NCBI GenBank assembly: GCA_049322915.1
Contig: JBMOPW010000014.1
Location: 922,774-986,773 of the forward strand
Source of the DNA: Candidatus Zhuqueibacterota bacterium
Lineage (GTDB): Bacteria; Zhuqueibacterota; Zhuqueibacteria; Thermofontimicrobiales; Thermofontimicrobiaceae
Direction: 5' to 3'
DNA length: 64,000 bases
This document shows positions 60,026 to 64,000 of the stretch, piece after piece. The position numbers and the translations under genes were made by a program. Within the stretch, counting starts at the first letter, position 1. Each line of letters opens with the position of its first letter. The notes under the pieces are model-generated. The model had not been told where the DNA came from, did no database searches, and saw nothing but the letters and a program-made list of their open reading frames with translations.

Positions 60026-60565
60026 CTACATCAGATTTCCCAGCGGCCCAAGTTCAATATTCAGTTCTTCTTGCTGCAGCCCGAAGACCAGTTTTAATTC
60101 TTCTACTTTCTTATCGAGCGCCAAAAAAGTCAGTCCCAATTTCTGAATTTCGACGGACGCCAGCGCACCTGCCTGAATGCGGCGCATGGCTTCGCGTTCC
60201 ATGAGCCGTTTGATCAACACAACCAGCGTCAGCACTAATTTGGCGAGCCCCTGTTCTGCCTCCTGCGGTTTTGGGAATTGCAAGTAGTGCGAAATATTGC
60301 TCTCTGCTTTGGCTATTTCCTGCTCAAGTTTTTGGATGTATTCGCACTCCTCCAGCGTCGGCTCACGGTCGGGATTCATCCCTGAGCGACCATGCGCCGC
60401 ATCCAATTTGGAAATCGATGTAGCAATCAGCCGAATTCCAATATAGATCAGATCAATATCGGCTACGCGTACGGTCAGGTCGCCTGTCACAACAGCGCCT
60501 GTCTCGATCACCCTGTCCAGCGCATCCAACAGCGTCACATGAGTCTGTTCGCTTCTTTGCTGCAT
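60026..60565 (-). CDS. gvpK: Gas vesicle protein: GvpJ/S-like N-domain fused to GvpK
   Basis: N-term 'LLDALDRVIETGAVVTGDL..VADIDL'; C-term 'GLAKLVLTLV.LI..LMEREA.RR...LG...LNIELGPLG.L'. Confidence 0.88.
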   Translation of the reverse strand: MQQRSEQTHVTLLDALDRVIETGAVVTGDLTVRVADIDLIYIGIRLIATSISKLDAAHGRSGMNPDREPTLEECEYIQKLEQEIAKAESNISHYLQFPKPQEAEQGLAKLVLTLVVLIKRLMEREAMRRIQAGALASVEIQKLGLTFLALDKKVEELKLVFGLQQEELNIELGPLGNLM

Positions 60566-60567
60566 GA

Positions 60568-61371
60568 TTAAACCTTCGCAAAATGATAGGGCGGCCAGGG
60601 ACCACTGAATTCAATCTGCAGTCCGTTATCGTTTAAAGATGCCCGGGATTTTTCCACCTCCTGCTTGAAAGCGGACACAGCGTCTTCGGGAATCAGGAAA
60701 ATGGCGTTCAAAATCATCGGTTCCTGTCTGCCGGTCAATTCCTTCTCCAGCAATTTCCCGCGAACGCTCTGACAGGCGTGGTGCGCCAGCGCGTCAAAGA
60801 CGGATGTGGCATAGGCCTCAGTACGTTGCGCCGCAGCAACCAACATCTGCTCATTCAATTCCGATTGAAAAAAATAAGCCATACCTCGTGGCATGGCCTG
60901 GATTTGCTTCTTCTTGAGCAGAAGCACCGGGTTGTTTTCCAGCACTTCCGATTGAATTGGATTCGGGTCCGCGACGTAGAGCTTGGCGCTCCATTCCTGC
61001 CTGTGATGCAATGAAGCCAGGCATTGGGAATATTTCCCGGATTCATGCGTGATGGTCTGTTCCACCGTTTCCTGATTCAGGAAAACAGTGCCAAATCGCA
61101 TGGGAATGACCGGGCAAATGCATCCATCCGCGTTCATGGCGGATTCAATGACAGCTTCGTGCCGTTGCGCCATGCCCTTGATCCAGTTCAGGTCGTCCTG
61201 CGCTTTTTGCTGGATTCGTTCCCGGTCCATTTGCTCCATGGGAACCTGGCTCACGATGGCCTCGAGATTTTGCACCGGCAGTGCGAATGCCCTGTTCTGC
61301 TCAAACAATCCCGGCGCTGAAAAAGCCGCATCTCCTTTTTCGCGGATGCAATACAGATAAAAACCGTTCAT
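60568..61371 (-). CDS. GvpL/GvpF family gas vesicle protein
   Basis: 'YLYCI', 'HEAVIE', 'VIPMRFGTVF', 'EWSAK', 'LNAIFLI', 'SGPWPPYHF'. Confidence 0.92.
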   Translation of the reverse strand: MNGFYLYCIREKGDAAFSAPGLFEQNRAFALPVQNLEAIVSQVPMEQMDRERIQQKAQDDLNWIKGMAQRHEAVIESAMNADGCICPVIPMRFGTVFLNQETVEQTITHESGKYSQCLASLHHRQEWSAKLYVADPNPIQSEVLENNPVLLLKKKQIQAMPRGMAYFFQSELNEQMLVAAAQRTEAYATSVFDALAHHACQSVRGKLLEKELTGRQEPMILNAIFLIPEDAVSAFKQEVEKSRASLNDNGLQIEFSGPWPPYHFAKV

Positions 61372-61601
61372 GAATGTCGTCCCTGAATTTCGGAGATTCG
61401 CGAGACAATCTGCTCTTCGAGAATGACGTATTGTTCCATGTCGATCTCGTTGGTCTCCAGTTGAATTTGCGCTTCCAGCAGTTTTCGCTGCCAGTAGGTT
61501 ACATTATTCAATTCCTGATCCACAGCCTTGTGAATTTCTTTGAAGATGCCGAATAAGCCCTTGACAGGCAGAGCTAATAAATCGTCTATGAAAATGGCCA
61601 T
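61368..61601 (-). CDS. gvpG: Gas vesicle protein GvpG
   Basis: 'IDDLLALPVKGL..IF.EI...V.QEL...L.E.Q..LE..EI..E.Y...E..I..RI'. Confidence 0.8.
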   Translation of the reverse strand: MAIFIDDLLALPVKGLFGIFKEIHKAVDQELNNVTYWQRKLLEAQIQLETNEIDMEQYVILEEQIVSRISEIQGRHS

Positions 61602-61694
61602 AACAGTCACTCATGCGTTGCGATGATCACCAAAGAATTTCCCAACAGCATGGGCCGCGCTGTTGGGATGAATTCCATGAAGGGATTGCAGGTC

Positions 61695-62465
61695 TCAATT
61701 GAGACCCAATTCCAGAATGTTGATGTCTATTTCCACGAAATTGTACGGTGGTATGGGCCCGACATATTTGATAATGAATCGCTTCAGATTCTCTTCATTG
61801 AGCGCGCCAACCCAGGCATCGAACAATTTCTCCTGGTCGCTGTCGACTAAAAAGGAAGCATTGACCACCATCTTGTCCCCGATGATGTTGCCCAGACGAT
61901 AATCGATGCAGAGTTCGCGCAGCGGGGAGAGGATCCGTTCGCTCTCTCGCTTTCGTTTTTCGATGAGTGCGTTCTCGACCAGCTTGCCGACCTCGATTCG
62001 CTGAAAGTAGGACTTTTCCTGCGGCAGGGTCAAAAGGGAATCACGCAGCTTTTTGATCTGATTGTTTTCATTCAGAATTTCGTTGTAGGCAATGTCACTG
62101 TCCCAGAAGACTTTCAAACCCAATTCTCTTTTTCCGCGCAGCCGGTCAAGATAGTCCTGAAATTCATCGTACCGCTTTTCCAGAATGGCCATGATGTTCT
62201 GTTCATTCCTGGCAATGGTGGCAAATCGAACTGGCAGCGGGTTTAAATTCCTGGACAGCGCTTCTTCAATGACTTTTTGATGCGCAAGATAATTTTTACT
62301 GAGCAAGGGGTAGTTCACAATGGGCGTGTCGCTGATGACAGCGCCGATATGATTGAAATGAATGCTGTGAACCGGCGCCGGAGTCTCTCCAATATTTCGC
62401 GATCCAAATGTTTGACTTTTTTCTTCTTCAATAATGCAATAAATGTATTTCCCGTTTTCAGACAT
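61695..62465 (-). CDS. GvpF/GvpL family gas vesicle protein
   Basis: 'GKYIYCII', 'AHQKVIE', 'LPVRF', 'GKRELGLKVFW', 'NASFLVD', 'YVGPIPPYNFV'; start placed at ATG 62465. Confidence 0.92.
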   Translation of the reverse strand: MSENGKYIYCIIEEEKSQTFGSRNIGETPAPVHSIHFNHIGAVISDTPIVNYPLLSKNYLAHQKVIEEALSRNLNPLPVRFATIARNEQNIMAILEKRYDEFQDYLDRLRGKRELGLKVFWDSDIAYNEILNENNQIKKLRDSLLTLPQEKSYFQRIEVGKLVENALIEKRKRESERILSPLRELCIDYRLGNIIGDKMVVNASFLVDSDQEKLFDAWVGALNEENLKRFIIKYVGPIPPYNFVEIDINILELGLN

Positions 62466-62482
62466 GACAGTCCCCGTATAAT

Positions 62483-63513
62483 TTAAAATTCGGCTGAATG
62501 GATGAGCACCGTTTCCTCGATAGCATGCTTGTCGAATGAGTAGCGATAATTCTGACAATAGGTTTCCAGAACACGTACCGCATCGGTTATCTCCCTGAAT
62601 TGCCGCTCGGCGTGCGTCATATCGGAATTTTTATCAGGATGACACCTGGCGGCCAGGCAGTGATAGGCGGATTTAATTTCGAACATTGTAGCGGATTCGG
62701 ACAGGCCCAGAGTCCGTCGGGCATGATCGATGAGAGCGTGGTCTGTGAGTTCCAGCTTCAAATTGGCAAAACTGACAGGAGGCATGGGGCCAATGTATTT
62801 GAACGTCAATTCAGATTCATATTTTTTGGCCAGATCATTGACTTTCTGGTCGAAGCTGGTTTCCGCTTCTCTCTCAACCAGAAAGGAGCCATTGAAAATC
62901 ATCCCTTCATTAGACAGCGGCCCGCAGACACACTGTTGCTCCCCGTTGCACAGCGCCCGTAGAATATCCTCGACCAGCTCTTTTTCTTTTTTTGCCATTG
63001 TATCAAAAATCATTTTACCAATGTCGATGCGGGCGCACTGCTTGTCCACCTCGGAGAGCGAATTCATCGCATTCACCCTGGCGAGGATGCCCGGATCAGT
63101 CCGGGAGATTGAATTGATCCATTCCAGCTTGTTGGCCGATGCCTGAACAACCGCTCGACCTTGCCACGAATGCGTTGGAACAGCGTTTTGAATTGGATAT
63201 AGGCTTGCCCCAGGATTTTCTGAACAGAAGTTTCGTCATCAGCGACATTGCCGAACTGGAGCGGAATAATCGTATGCAGCCGTGACACATGTTCAATGGC
63301 CAGTTGATGGCCCCGGACAAGCTCAGTCAGAAGCGCTTTATCAAGACGGTCGAAGGTTATCAGGGGATGGTCGCTCACAACAGCGGCAATGTCTTTATAA
63401 CCGATAGTGTAGACGTTATTTTGGGTTCCAATTCCAATAGGTCCAAAACTGCAGGGCTGGTCTGACTCAATAAATCCATAAATGTAATGGCTCATTCCTG
63501 TGCCCATCTTCAA
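62483..63513 (-). pseudogene. GvpL/GvpF-DnaJ(J-domain) fusion split by a 1-bp frameshift near 63152-63154 (pseudogene or sequence error)
   Basis: 5' ORF 'YIYGFI...HQLAIE...IPLQFG...GKVE' continues in the shifted frame as 'VVQASANKLEW...FNGSFLVE...YIGPMPPVSF', then J-domain 'LGL...EIKSAY..LA..CHPDKN'; start codon uncertain (63495-63513). Confidence 0.85.
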
Positions 63514-63529
63514 TTGTTTTAATCAGAAA

Positions 63530-63838
63530 TCAAACTTTAAATTCACGGGTTTGCCAGCGGTTCTTCACCACTTTGGTTTGCTTTTTCAGGTCGGGTTGAT
63601 TCTCATTTGAATTGAACTCATTTTCAATGGATTTTGCAATTTCCGAGTCGATGGCCCCGATCCGTTCTGCATTTCTGGAATGCCGTTGCGCTAAAACCTG
63701 GTTATCTTTTTGAAGCAGTTGACGTTCGTTATCCAGCATGAAAAGGGATAAGAATTTGGAACGTCGTCTTTTGGATATAGAACGAATATGTATTTTCTGG
63801 CTCGTTCGAATGTCATTAATGCCAGCAAGTCGTGACAT
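63530..63838 (-). CDS. Hypothetical coiled-coil protein in gvp operon
   Basis: 102 aa, GAGGTG RBS, basic N-terminus followed by a heptad-like helix. Confidence 0.7.
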   Translation of the reverse strand: MSRLAGINDIRTSQKIHIRSISKRRRSKFLSLFMLDNERQLLQKDNQVLAQRHSRNAERIGAIDSEIAKSIENEFNSNENQPDLKKQTKVVKNRWQTREFKV

Positions 63839-63871
63839 GGTTCACCTCTTGAATTTTTCACTGCATGAAAT

Positions 63872-64000
63872 TTACGTCGACTCTTTTCGCGGGCGCATGC
63901 TTTTTCTGCTATAGCCGACAACTTCGTAATTGGAATCTATCTGAACATCATAAACCGCTACCATATCGTCCTGGGCTATTTTTCGCATATACTCTGTTTC
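63872..64000 (-). CDS. gvpO: Gas vesicle protein GvpO-like, C-terminal part (truncated by window edge)
   Basis: Manual translation ETEYMRKIAQDDMVAVYDVQIDSNYEVVGYSRKSMRPRKEST*, matching the GvpO/R pattern D..A.Y.V..D....V.GY.R. Confidence 0.6.
   Translation of the reverse strand, partial: ETEYMRKIAQDDMVAVYDVQIDSNYEVVGYSRKSMRPRKEST

Overview
Chromosomal window from a diderm bacterium. Four secreted proteins ending in a 'NYPNPFN...GVY...KMxxxK' FlgD-Ig/T9SS-like C-terminal domain suggest an FCB-group lineage such as KSB1 or Calditrichota; this is inference, not proof. Housekeeping and metabolic genes (plsX, tRNA-Thr(CGT), dnaG, methionine gamma-lyase, proline dehydrogenase, nadE, yjbQ) are interleaved with accessory material. 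(1) An HD-phosphohydrolase plus tandem KaiC/RecA-type ATPase gene pair lies directly downstream of tRNA-Thr, which is preceded by a remodelled partial copy of itself. (2) A GH38 mannosidase is followed by two URO-D/MtaA-family genes bracketed by ~300-bp composite inverted repeats. (3) A ~167-bp MITE-like family has 4 copies, one interrupted by a second, REP-carrying element. (4) There is a block of large secreted hydrolases. (5) The right end holds the distal part of a gas-vesicle (gvp) operon rich in proteostasis genes: an archaeal-type Hsp20 plus Cdc48 pair, a second Hsp20, a frameshifted GvpF/L-J-domain fusion, a GvpJ-GvpK fusion, a receiver protein and a possible TraB/TIKI-like protein. 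Two tandem paralogous ~65-aa proteins follow it. No CRISPR array, rRNA, integrase or transposase was recognised. All calls come from motif reading only; no database searches were run.
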